Below are positions 1 to 7,419 of a stretch of 64,000 bases of DNA, in pieces. The stretch is from Patescibacteria group bacterium (GTDB taxonomy: Bacteria; Patescibacteriota; Patescibacteriia; Magasanikbacterales; GWA2-37-8). The DNA is taken from the NCBI GenBank assembly GCA_022710645.1, contig JAKLGL010000001.1:407296-471295 (forward strand), in the 5' to 3' direction. The translations under genes and the position numbers were made by a program. Numbering within the stretch: the stretch's first letter is position 1; each line of letters begins with the position of its first letter. Below the pieces are notes generated by a model that made no database searches, was not told the origin of the DNA, and saw only the letters and a program-made list of their open reading frames with translations.

Positions 1-770
1 CCATAATTGGTTGCAATAATATCACCCTGCCAAGTACCAGCGGAAATAGTGCCAAAAGATGACGCGCCGGTTAAAATCAAATTGGCGATTGTTGCTGTTG
101 CCATTGTTGCATTACCAACAACAGAGAGGTTTCCTGTAATACTGGATGTGGCAGTGCTTGAACCCATTGAAAAATTCGCCCCGGAAAAACCACCTGATAA
201 AATATCTAAATTTAAATTGTCATCCAACGCCAAAAGCGTATTAGCCACAGCAGTTGATGAAGCGTGAAAACCATCTACTCTATCGGAATTGAAAGCATAA
301 GGATGAGTCGCCAAAATCACTCGCGGAGATGCTTCGTCATCTGTATCAATCTTTACCGCCAAATAATACGTGCCCGTGCTAAAATCCAAATAACTCGGAA
401 AAGAAACACATGATCCTAAATTAACAGTAAAATATCCTTGAGCATCAGGTTGAACTTTGGGACAACTCCCTGAACTACCATCGCGAGTTTCAGTCCAAAG
501 AAGAGGTCCGGCTGAACTTGGTGTGTCTGTCGGTGCACCGCTAATCAAATGATTATAAATAGAAAATTGGATAGTGGTGGAGTTGGTAATTGGTGTGCCG
601 GTATTATCACGCAATCGCCCTTGATAATTTATTACATTTGGAACAGCAAAAACCTCGCTACCAATAAAAGAAAAAATTGTTATGAATGCAACAAAAAACA
701 AAGCCAACTGATGTTTATTTTTCAGAAAGCTAACCTGGAGTTTGGATTTTATTCCCCTCCGAATATGCAT
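1..770 (-). CDS. Secreted surface protein, partial (gene runs off the window edge; not in the ORF track)
   Basis: My own minus-strand translation from the ATG at 770-768 has no stops down to position 1. It begins MHIRRGIKSKLQVSFLKNKHQLALFFVAFITIFSFIGSEVFA/VPNVINYQGRLRDNTGTPITNSTTIQFSIYNHLISGAPTDTPS, which is a signal peptide followed by a Thr/Ser/Gly/Asn-rich beta-rich ectodomain. The plus-strand ORFs 7..267 and 549..824 are its antisense shadows. Confidence 0.55.
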   Translation of the reverse strand, partial: MHIRRGIKSKLQVSFLKNKHQLALFFVAFITIFSFIGSEVFAVPNVINYQGRLRDNTGTPITNSTTIQFSIYNHLISGAPTDTPSSAGPLLWTETRDGSSGSCPKVQPDAQGYFTVNLGSCVSFPSYLDFSTGTYYLAVKIDTDDEASPRVILATHPYAFNSDRVDGFHASSTAVANTLLALDDNLNLDILSGGFSGANFSMGSSTATSSITGNLSVVGNATMATATIANLILTGASSFGTISAGTWQGDIIATNY

Positions 771-955
771 AATATTTTTACTATATTATTATACCATATA
801 TACAATTTTCAAAAAACCTCTTAAACTAACGAAAAATAAATCAACTGTGGATAAGTTGGGGATAAACAAAAAACCCGCTTTTTCGCGAGTTTTCAAATTC
901 ATATTTTAGTATTTTATATAATCTTTAAATTTTGTAATCTTTCAATCTTTAAATT

Positions 956-1675
956 TTATATGTTAGCAAGCGCTGTTATCGTAATCACCCCATCATAACT
1001 TCCCGATTTTTGATCAAGGGGCGCACTGGCGCGATAATCAATAACTGTTACCGTTGTTCCCCAATTACAGGTGAGACATTGCATAAATTGAGAATTTATC
1101 GCAGGAAATCCGCCATATTTAGCGTTTAAAATAGTGTCATCACTCCCCCACCAAGCACTATTAAAATTGGAAGTTGTGCCTGTTTGCTTCACACGAAAAG
1201 ATAGATTATTTCCCGGTGTAGTAGTGGCATTACCACTCCCACTTGGGTTCCAAGAAGTATAATCAGGAAAATCGTTTACTTGGTTGGTTATCATATCCAA
1301 AGTTGAAGTCGGGTCTTCTCTTTTTACTGATAAATTATAACCACTAAATGAACCGGGCATAGTAACATAAACAGACGAACTGACAAAAGTTGGAATATCC
1401 GGTAAAATCTCACCAAAATTTACCGTCGGATCAATAGTTATGGTCATCACAGGAAATTCCATCACTAAACCGTGATCGTAAATATAATTGGAACTTGTAG
1501 ATCTTCCAACAGCCGGATCCCCTACTCCACCCTTTATCTGAAATTGTGTAGAGGTTACATCATGATAAACAGTGCCATAAGTTTGCCTGTCTATTTCGCT
1601 AGCAGCCAAAACAACCTGGGTAAAAAACAGGGTACAAAATATAATTATGGCTAGTTTGAGAGAAAAATAAGGCAT
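956..1675 (-). CDS. Small secreted surface protein, WxL-domain-like; paralog of 2012..2632
   Basis: It has a signal peptide (MPYFSLKLAIIIFCTLFFTQVVLAASE). It aligns by eye to the 2012..2632 product (GYNLSVKREDPTSTLD..DFPDYTSWNPSGSGNATTTPGNNLSFR.. versus GFNLQVKRDDGTSTLD..DFPDATAWNYSSPNSSATPGANLSFR..). It carries W-containing motifs (TSWNP, AWWGSD) and a C-terminal SGSYDGVITITALANI beta-strand, as in the WxL proteins of Csc clusters. Confidence 0.6.
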   Translation of the reverse strand: MPYFSLKLAIIIFCTLFFTQVVLAASEIDRQTYGTVYHDVTSTQFQIKGGVGDPAVGRSTSSNYIYDHGLVMEFPVMTITIDPTVNFGEILPDIPTFVSSSVYVTMPGSFSGYNLSVKREDPTSTLDMITNQVNDFPDYTSWNPSGSGNATTTPGNNLSFRVKQTGTTSNFNSAWWGSDDTILNAKYGGFPAINSQFMQCLTCNWGTTVTVIDYRASAPLDQKSGSYDGVITITALANI

Positions 1676-1676
1676 A

Positions 1677-1835
1677 AAACTAAAGCTCTAATCTCTAATT
1701 TCTAATCTCTAAACAAGTTCAAAAATCAAATTTCAAAATTGGATATTTGATATTTGTCCGTCCGTAGTCCAAAGGACGAAGGCGGATTAAATATTGTTTA
1801 GGATTTAGAGCTTAGGATTTAGGGTTTGATATTTT
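1677..1835. repeat. Palindromic intergenic element, TAAGCTCTAA family (member 1), in the divergent promoter region
   Basis: aaagctctaatctctaatttctaatctctaaacaa...gtttaggatttagagcttaggatttagg, with a nested hairpin gtccgtccgtagtccaaaggacgaaggcggat. The same family occurs at 44088-44200 and 52486-52605. Confidence 0.5.
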
Positions 1836-2011
1836 ATTTATTATACTTGATTTTCACTTTTTTCACAAAAATGCCACTTATCCACACTTATATCACCATT
1901 TCCCCTATTATCAAAAAAATCAAAAAATAGTATAATACACGTTGGAATAACTTTAACAACAAGTTATTTCTAAAATAAAAAATAATTTTATTTATTAATT
2001 TAATTTATTTT

Positions 2012-2632
2012 ATGAGGAGGAAACTTCTTTCTTTCATCGTCCTTATGGCGATGTTTACCGCTTATAGCGGATATCTAAATCTCGGCATAGCTCAAGCTGC
2101 CGAAGACAGTGATCAACAAACTATAGTTTTGTATGTCACTTCAACTATCACTTTAACCTTGGCAACTTCTACGATAAATCTTGGTACCTTGACTCCGGGA
2201 ACTCCTATTACCGGAAACACTTCTTTGACAGTTACTACCAATGATTACAATGGTTTCAATTTACAAGTAAAAAGAGATGACGGCACTTCCACTTTGGATT
2301 TGGACGCTTCTCCGACAGTAGATTTTCCAGATGCTACAGCTTGGAACTATTCTTCACCGAATTCTTCCGCTACTCCGGGAGCCAATCTTTCTTTCCGTTT
2401 GATGGAAACCGGAACTGATGCAGCTTTGGTTTCTACAACTCTTTGGGGTGCTGATGCCGGAACTAAACTTTGGGCCGGCTTTCCAAGTAGTAATCAACGA
2501 GTCACCGGTATTGATAGTTACGTAGGCGCTGCTCAAAATGTAGCTTACGAATTACGCGCTGACGCTCCAGCTACTCAACAATCTGGACAATACACTGGTA
2601 CCGTCACTTTCACCGCAATCACCAACCCATAA
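2012..2632 (+). CDS. Small secreted surface protein, WxL-domain-like; paralog of 956..1675
   Basis: AGGAGG-type start context and a signal peptide MRRKLLSFIVLMAMFTAYSGYLNLGIAQA/AE. It has TLWGADAGTKLWAGFP and a C-terminal QSGQYTGTVTFTAITNP. It is transcribed divergently from its paralog. Confidence 0.6.
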   Translation: MRRKLLSFIVLMAMFTAYSGYLNLGIAQAAEDSDQQTIVLYVTSTITLTLATSTINLGTLTPGTPITGNTSLTVTTNDYNGFNLQVKRDDGTSTLDLDASPTVDFPDATAWNYSSPNSSATPGANLSFRLMETGTDAALVSTTLWGADAGTKLWAGFPSSNQRVTGIDSYVGAAQNVAYELRADAPATQQSGQYTGTVTFTAITNP

Positions 2633-2656
2633 AAATTAAAAATTAAAATTAAGTTT

Positions 2657-3607
2657 ATGAAAAGCACATACGGTAAATTATTTTTGGTTATATTGGTAAC
2701 CGTAACATGTGCGCTTTTCAAAATAGAAGCTGCGTCCGCGCAGCTTTCTATTTCTATCTACCCGCTTTCCTTCAAAGCACAAGTGAATCCGGGAGATACA
2801 TGGAGGGGTAGCGTCACTGTTATCAACCCGAACGATTTTGCCATTTCCGTTCGCCCGGAAAAAGAAAATCTTGTCGGCGGTTCAGAAGGAGAAATTATTT
2901 TAACCGGAGAAACTGATCAAAATTATGGCTTAGCTTCTTGGGTAAAATATGATTCAAACAAAGAAATAATCTTGGCGGCTGGAGAAAGAAGAAAAGTGGA
3001 TTTTTCTTTGATTGTTCCCGCTAACGCTCAACCCGGCGGTCATTATGGAGCTGTTTTATTTCGCGGAACGGAAATAAATAAAAAATCTTCCGGTGAAAGC
3101 GGGCTTGGTGTAGCCGGACGCGTAGGATCAGTAATGCTTTTTGAAGTCAGCGGAGATGTTCAGAAAACCGGTGAAATAAGCTCCCTTGAAACCAAGAAAT
3201 TTATAGCTCACGGACCTATCGATTTGACTTTTAAAGTCAAAAATACCGGTAACACCTTCTTCTTACCAGAAGGTAAAGTGGAATTCAAACATTTTTTCAA
3301 AACTTTTGAAACCACTTGGGAGCCACGCGTAGTATTCCCTGGATACGATAGAACATTCAAGACAAATCTTGATAAAAAATATCTTTTTGGCCCTGTCAAA
3401 GCCACTATTTTGGCAAAAATGAGCGATGGAGCGGAGTTAACTCCGATTTCCGTAACTATTTGGGCTTGGCCTTGGAAAGAAACTTTGGTTCTACTTTGTA
3501 TTATCGTAACACTTTGGTTATTGAAACTTTGGTTGCTTAAAAACTTCAAAATTGTTAAAATAGAGAAAACGGAAAATAAAGACGAAAATAAAAAAGGAGA
3601 TGCCTAA
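2657..3607 (+). CDS. DUF916/DUF3324-like cell-surface protein with a C-terminal transmembrane anchor (CscA-like)
   Basis: It has a signal peptide, an N-terminal LSISIYPLSFKAQVNPGDTWRGSVTVINPNDFAISV beta-domain and a C-terminal TM (LVLLCIIVTLWLLKLWLLKNF) followed by a charged tail. This architecture and its position next to WxL-like genes mirror Csc/WxL loci. Confidence 0.5.
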   Translation: MKSTYGKLFLVILVTVTCALFKIEAASAQLSISIYPLSFKAQVNPGDTWRGSVTVINPNDFAISVRPEKENLVGGSEGEIILTGETDQNYGLASWVKYDSNKEIILAAGERRKVDFSLIVPANAQPGGHYGAVLFRGTEINKKSSGESGLGVAGRVGSVMLFEVSGDVQKTGEISSLETKKFIAHGPIDLTFKVKNTGNTFFLPEGKVEFKHFFKTFETTWEPRVVFPGYDRTFKTNLDKKYLFGPVKATILAKMSDGAELTPISVTIWAWPWKETLVLLCIIVTLWLLKLWLLKNFKIVKIEKTENKDENKKGDA

Positions 3608-4706
3608 ACGATTGTCAAAATCAATCTTTGTGACGCAAGCCTCGAAATATTTCCTTTTGGGGCTTGTGTTTTTATTATTGGCTTTACCAACTTTGGTTTT
3701 AGCCGCCGTAGCCACACAAAATGTCACTATCACCATCAATAACAGTTCTTATCATTGTGCTAATGGTACTCAAGATTATGACGAAACCGGTATTGACTGC
3801 GGAGGGTCTCTTTGCGGAACTTGCGGTTCGCATTGTACAAATGGAATAAAAGATTTTGATGAAGTCGGAGTTGATTGTGGAGGTTCTTTGTGTCCGACTT
3901 GTAGTGGTGGGGGCGGAGGTGGTGGAGGAGGCGGTGGCGGTTCTCTGCCGATTCTCCTTTCTACTATCAATTTTTCCGGAATTGCTTATTCAAACGCCAA
4001 AATATTTATTTTACGCGATGGAATTTTGATTAATACTTTTTTTACCTCATCATCCGGAGCTTTTCAATATTCTTTAAATTCTATTACCGCCGGAAATTAT
4101 CGCTACACTTTTTATGCGCAAGACGCTCGCGGCGGATATTCTACACATTTGGTTTTTCCTCTAACTGTTGTTGCGGGAAACTCTTACCAAGTAAACAATA
4201 TCTTGATTCCGCCAACACTGTATTTCAATTCTCAAGAAATAAAACGCGGAGAAAAAATGGAATTTTACGGTCAAAGTGCGCCGAATTCAATTTTGTTTTT
4301 TGAACTGAAAAATTCAACTTCCGGAAGTACTTCCACCTTTCAAACTATAGCCGATCCTTCAGGAAAATTTTCTTATCTTCTTGAAACTTCCGGAATGATA
4401 GAGGGTAGTTATGAAATAAAAATTAAAATAAAAATTGCAACAACTGAAAGCGCTTACAGTAATTCTTTTCCTTTTTCAATAGGTGCTAAAACCGTAGAAA
4501 AACCGATTTCAACGACAAAATGTCCGGCTAAAGGAGATCTCAACGGCGATTGCCGTGTAAATTTGGTTGATTTCTCTATCGCGGCTTACTGGTATAAACG
4601 CACCGTCGCGTCGAGTTTTATAAATACGGAAAATTCTCAACTTAATGGCGACGATATTATCAATTTGATAGATTTCAGTATTTTGGCTTATTATTGGACG
4701 GGCTGA
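3600..4706 (+). CDS. Secreted dockerin-containing protein with duplicated Cys-rich motif and a poly-Gly linker
   Basis: AAGGAG RBS, overlapping the previous stop by 8 nt. It has a signal peptide, the repeats DYDETGIDCGGSLCGTCG and DFDEVGVDCGGSLCPTCSG, and G12 (nt 3905-3945). The C-terminus has two dockerin-type Ca-binding repeats, DLNGDCRVNLVDFSIAAYWY and LNGDDIINLIDFSILAYYW (the DxNxDxxxNxxD pattern). Confidence 0.7.
   Translation: MPKRLSKSIFVTQASKYFLLGLVFLLLALPTLVLAAVATQNVTITINNSSYHCANGTQDYDETGIDCGGSLCGTCGSHCTNGIKDFDEVGVDCGGSLCPTCSGGGGGGGGGGGGSLPILLSTINFSGIAYSNAKIFILRDGILINTFFTSSSGAFQYSLNSITAGNYRYTFYAQDARGGYSTHLVFPLTVVAGNSYQVNNILIPPTLYFNSQEIKRGEKMEFYGQSAPNSILFFELKNSTSGSTSTFQTIADPSGKFSYLLETSGMIEGSYEIKIKIKIATTESAYSNSFPFSIGAKTVEKPISTTKCPAKGDLNGDCRVNLVDFSIAAYWYKRTVASSFINTENSQLNGDDIINLIDFSILAYYWTG
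3901..3948 (+). repeat. Imperfect (GGN)n simple repeat encoding poly-Gly
   Basis: ggtggtgggggcggaggtggtggaggaggcggtggcggt lies inside the dockerin protein gene. Confidence 0.8.
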
Positions 4707-4749
4707 TGAAGTTAGAAGTTTATAAAGTTTATAAAGTTATAAAGTTGAT
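4707..4749 (+). repeat. Tandem AGTTTATAA / AACTTTATAAAGTT-type palindromic 9-nt repeats abutting the start codon
   Basis: gaagttagaagtttataaagtttataaagttataaagttgatATG. Confidence 0.6.
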
Positions 4750-5670
4750 ATGAAAAAAGTGCTAGGGATAATTTTAATTTTATTCTGCTGTCTGTGTTTT
4801 GCCAGGCCTGCTCGTGCTGCGGAATTTTTTGCGACAGCTTCGAACTATGCTCCTGAAATAAACGATTACGTGCAAATTGACATATTTATCGATACGCAAG
4901 GAGAAGAAATAAACGCTTTGGAAACCGCCGTTGTTTTCCCTGAAAATCTATTGGAGTTGGCGGATTTTTCTTATGGTGATTCGGTTATCAATTATTGGGT
5001 GGAAAAACCTCATCAAACCGACGAACATAATAAAATATTTTTTTCTGGCATTACTCCCGGCGGTTTTAATGAAAATTCAGCTTATTTAATTTCTTTGATT
5101 TTTAAAACAAAAAATACCGGCCGAAGCGAAATAACTTTTTCTCAAAATAAGACTTTGAAAAATAACGGGTTCGGCACGGAGGTGGAAAGTGTCGGCAAAA
5201 AACTGACTTTTAACATTCAAACCGGTCTCAAAGGTGAAGATGTGGAGAATATTTATAAGAATTTGGATAAAATTCCACCTGAAGATTTTGAAATTTTTAT
5301 TTATGAGGATAACAATATAGTTCCGGACAAAAAAGCTTTGATCTTTGACGCCACAGATAAAGGTTCCGGCATATCTCATTATGAAGTGTTGGAAGAAAAA
5401 ATAGGACGATTGTTCGGCTGGGAATTTAAAATCGGCCGTTGGACACCGGCAACAAGTCCTCATGTTTTACAAGATCAAAAAATGCGCAGCAATATTTATG
5501 TCAAAGCCGTAGATAGAGCCGGAAACGAACGCATTGTTTCTTTAATGTCAGTTCAAACCCCAAAATGGTATACGAATTTGAATTTTTGGGTTATAATAAT
5601 AACGATAATAATACTTCTTATTTTATCCAGGAGGGCTTATGCAAAATTTTCGGGGAAAAATAAAAATTAA
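4750..5670 (+). CDS. Cohesin-like domain surface protein with a C-terminal TM anchor
   Basis: Signal peptide (ARPARA/AE). The segment FFATASNYAPEINDYVQIDIFIDTQGEEINALETAVVFPENLLELADFSYGDSVINYW matches the cohesin pattern (aligned block, internal reference, 'FxYDpxxLE'-like). It ends in a C-terminal TM WVIIITIIILLILS plus a basic tail. Confidence 0.55.
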   Translation: MKKVLGIILILFCCLCFARPARAAEFFATASNYAPEINDYVQIDIFIDTQGEEINALETAVVFPENLLELADFSYGDSVINYWVEKPHQTDEHNKIFFSGITPGGFNENSAYLISLIFKTKNTGRSEITFSQNKTLKNNGFGTEVESVGKKLTFNIQTGLKGEDVENIYKNLDKIPPEDFEIFIYEDNNIVPDKKALIFDATDKGSGISHYEVLEEKIGRLFGWEFKIGRWTPATSPHVLQDQKMRSNIYVKAVDRAGNERIVSLMSVQTPKWYTNLNFWVIIITIIILLILSRRAYAKFSGKNKN

Positions 5671-6445
5671 ACTGACGATTTTTATCATCTCAGTTTTTAC
5701 TTCTTTTCTTTTTACTTCTGTTTCCGAAGCGGCTTCTTTGTATTTCTCGCCAAGCTCGGCTACCTATCGTCTCGGTGAAACTTTTCAAGTTTCTATGTAT
5801 GTCAACAGCACCGATCAAGCTATGAATGCCGCGCAAGCAACCATAATTTTTCCAACTGATAAACTTTCAGTTATTTCCGTTTCCACCAAATATTCTATTT
5901 TTTCTCTGATGGTGGAAAATCCGACATTTTCCAATACGGGGGGAAGCGCCGGTTTTTCCGGAATAGTTCTTAATCCAGGTTATACTGGAAAAAATGGACG
6001 ACTGGTGACCGTAAATTTTGCCGCCAAAGCGCTCGGTAAAGCAACCGTCACTATCAGCGGAGCTCAAGTTTTGGCCAATGACGGAGTAGGTACAAATATT
6101 TTAACCGGTAAAGGAAGTGCCACAATCACTATCATTGAAAAAGCGAAGACTGAACCTAAACCGGAAATCAAACCTGAAGTCAAACCTATTGTTTCCGAAA
6201 TCGTTACCACCACACCTACCACTACCGTAATTTATGTTACTACTACGCAATATATTATCACTACCACTGCTTGCGCTTTTGATAAATTACCGGTCATTTA
6301 TTTCAAAATCGGAGGACTTACCACCGGACCGAGTTTCTTATTAATCTTACTTCTCATACTTTCAGCTTTGATTACTATTTATAGTTTTTATAAAGGGTTC
6401 AAGTATCCGGAAAAAAAGAAAAGAATTTTTGGAAAAAGAAGCTAA
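5639..6445 (+). CDS. Cohesin-like domain surface protein with a Thr/Pro-rich stalk and a C-terminal TM anchor
   Basis: AGGAGG RBS. It overlaps the previous gene by 32 nt, suggesting translational coupling. LYFSPSSATYRLGETFQVSMYVNSTDQAMNAAQATIIFPTDKLSVISVS...VTVNFAAKALGKATVTISGAQVLANDG is cohesin-like. It has a PEIKPEVKP linker, a TTTPTTT stalk and a TM LLILLLILSALITIY. Confidence 0.55.
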   Translation: MQNFRGKIKIKLTIFIISVFTSFLFTSVSEAASLYFSPSSATYRLGETFQVSMYVNSTDQAMNAAQATIIFPTDKLSVISVSTKYSIFSLMVENPTFSNTGGSAGFSGIVLNPGYTGKNGRLVTVNFAAKALGKATVTISGAQVLANDGVGTNILTGKGSATITIIEKAKTEPKPEIKPEVKPIVSEIVTTTPTTTVIYVTTTQYIITTTACAFDKLPVIYFKIGGLTTGPSFLLILLLILSALITIYSFYKGFKYPEKKKRIFGKRS

Positions 6446-6461
6446 ATAAAAATACCCCGTC

Positions 6462-6911
6462 CTAAACATAGGACGGGGTTTGTTTTTTAATCTTTGCGCC
6501 GTTCTTCTTTTTTTCTTTCAACGGCGTAATTTTTTTACTCTTTAACCATTGGTTGTAATGTGCCGGACAATAACCACGAGACGTTGCCGGACGATCACAC
6601 CCTTCGGCTTGGCAGATTTTTCCTTTGTTGGTTTGTTTTTCAACAATAGGATGCTTTCTTTTGATCTTACGAAACGGACGATCCATTTCAAAGTCTTCAT
6701 AATGCGCTTTACAATAACCTTCGCTAACTCCGTTCAACTTACAACCGGAAACAAGACATTTTTTAAAATTAGAAAATAATTTCTTGATTTCTTCCGGCGG
6801 TTTCAAATATCCAAAATAAATCAACTGATAACAATTACGGCACACCCCTTTGGTTTTTGCCGGTTTTTTACCGCATGCAGCACAAACACCTTGCTCTTTT
6901 AGATTGTCCAT
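6462..6911 (-). CDS. Cys-rich protein with three tandem zinc-ribbon-like repeats (C-x2-C-x7-9-G[VY]C-x2-[CH]Y)
   Basis: AAAGGAG RBS. The repeats are CAACGKKPAKTKGVCRNCY, CLVSGCKLNGVSEGYCKAHY and CQAEGCDRPATSRGYCPAHY, separated by basic linkers, with a lysine-rich C-terminal tail. I do not recognise a family. Confidence 0.7.
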   Translation of the reverse strand: MDNLKEQGVCAACGKKPAKTKGVCRNCYQLIYFGYLKPPEEIKKLFSNFKKCLVSGCKLNGVSEGYCKAHYEDFEMDRPFRKIKRKHPIVEKQTNKGKICQAEGCDRPATSRGYCPAHYNQWLKSKKITPLKEKKKNGAKIKKQTPSYV

Positions 6912-6996
6912 TTTTTTCTCCTTTAAAAGAACTTTTTATTAAAAAAATACAAACTAATTTTTATTAATCAGTAACTATCAGCAATAAGCTAGTTAG

Positions 6997-7200
6997 TGCC
7001 CCCAGAGACCCGCCCGCCTCGGCTATGCCGAAGGCATGTCGGGCGGGGAATACTCACATCGTCGTCCGCTGGCTGGCAGACTTCCTCTTTGGAAAACCTT
7101 CGGGTTTTCCAACACCTTTCCTCTTCAAGAGAAAACTACCGTTTTCTCCCTTTCCCAGTTCGATTCTCTTCAGAATACAAATCACTAAAAAACTATTTTA
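6997..7200. ncRNA. GC-rich multi-hairpin structured element of unknown class (possible ncRNA, leader or tRNA-derived remnant)
   Basis: GC is far above its surroundings. It has three perfect 8-bp hairpins: gagaaaac-tacc-gttttctc, ggaaaacc-ttcg-ggttttcc (a UUCG loop on the plus strand) and cccgcccg...cgggcggg with an inner atgcc-gaa-ggcat. It starts with tgcccccagagac, a 12/13 direct repeat of the tRNA-Arg 3' end at 7231-7243. It also contains agttcgattctct, an inverted copy of the tRNA T-arm. Confidence 0.35.
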
Positions 7201-7230
7201 AATTATTTTTAAAAATACAATTTATCAAAG

Positions 7231-7302
7231 TGCCCCCAGAGAGAATCGAACTCCCATCCTCAGGTTCGAAGCCTGATATTTTATCCATTAAACTATAGGG
7301 GC
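7231..7302 (-). tRNA. tRNA-Arg (anticodon UCG), 72 nt, no encoded CCA
   Basis: I folded it manually. The acceptor is GCCCCTA/TGGGGGC+A, the anticodon stem is TCAGG/CCTGA with loop CTTCGAA (anticodon TCG), and the T-arm is GGGAG-TTCGATT-CTCTC. Confidence 0.85.
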
Positions 7303-7419
7303 AATATTTCCAAAATTGTAGCATGTTTTGCGAAAAAAATCAACCCTCAAGGCCTTGAAATAAAAAAATAAATGTGTTATGTTAATTTTATCATTAACCG
7401 TTCCTTAAGGAGGACAGTC

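Noticed and set aside
7-824. Plus-strand ORFs 7..267 and 549..824 from the ORF track
   Set aside because: They lie antisense to a much more convincing minus-strand secreted-protein gene (1..770) whose translation reads as a coherent signal peptide plus ectodomain. The plus-strand products are low-complexity and non-protein-like.
3901-3948. G-rich repeat considered as possible CRISPR or G-quadruplex feature
   Set aside because: It is in-frame coding (Gly12), has no spacer-repeat periodicity, and is a single tract.
3776-3970. Minus-strand ORF encoding poly-Pro
   Set aside because: It is a mirror image of the poly-Gly GGN tract inside the dockerin protein gene.
4700-4750. Short tandem repeats (tataaagtt x3) considered as a CRISPR-like array
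   Set aside because: The units are only 9 nt, with no spacers. The same motif recurs singly upstream of other genes, so it is treated as a regulatory/UTR motif family instead.
6997-7200. A second tRNA (or tRNA with an intron) in the GC-rich element
   Set aside because: It shares the tRNA-Arg 3'-terminal 13 nt and a T-arm fragment, but no cloverleaf can be built: there are no D or anticodon arms, and the T-arm copy is in inverted orientation. It is kept as a structured element or tRNA-derived remnant.
7372-7419. ORF-track N-terminal extension (MCYVNFIINRSLRRTV) of the 7420 gene
   Set aside because: A strong AAGGAGG sits 7 nt before the internal ATGATG, and the extension is AT-rich unlike the GC-rich body.
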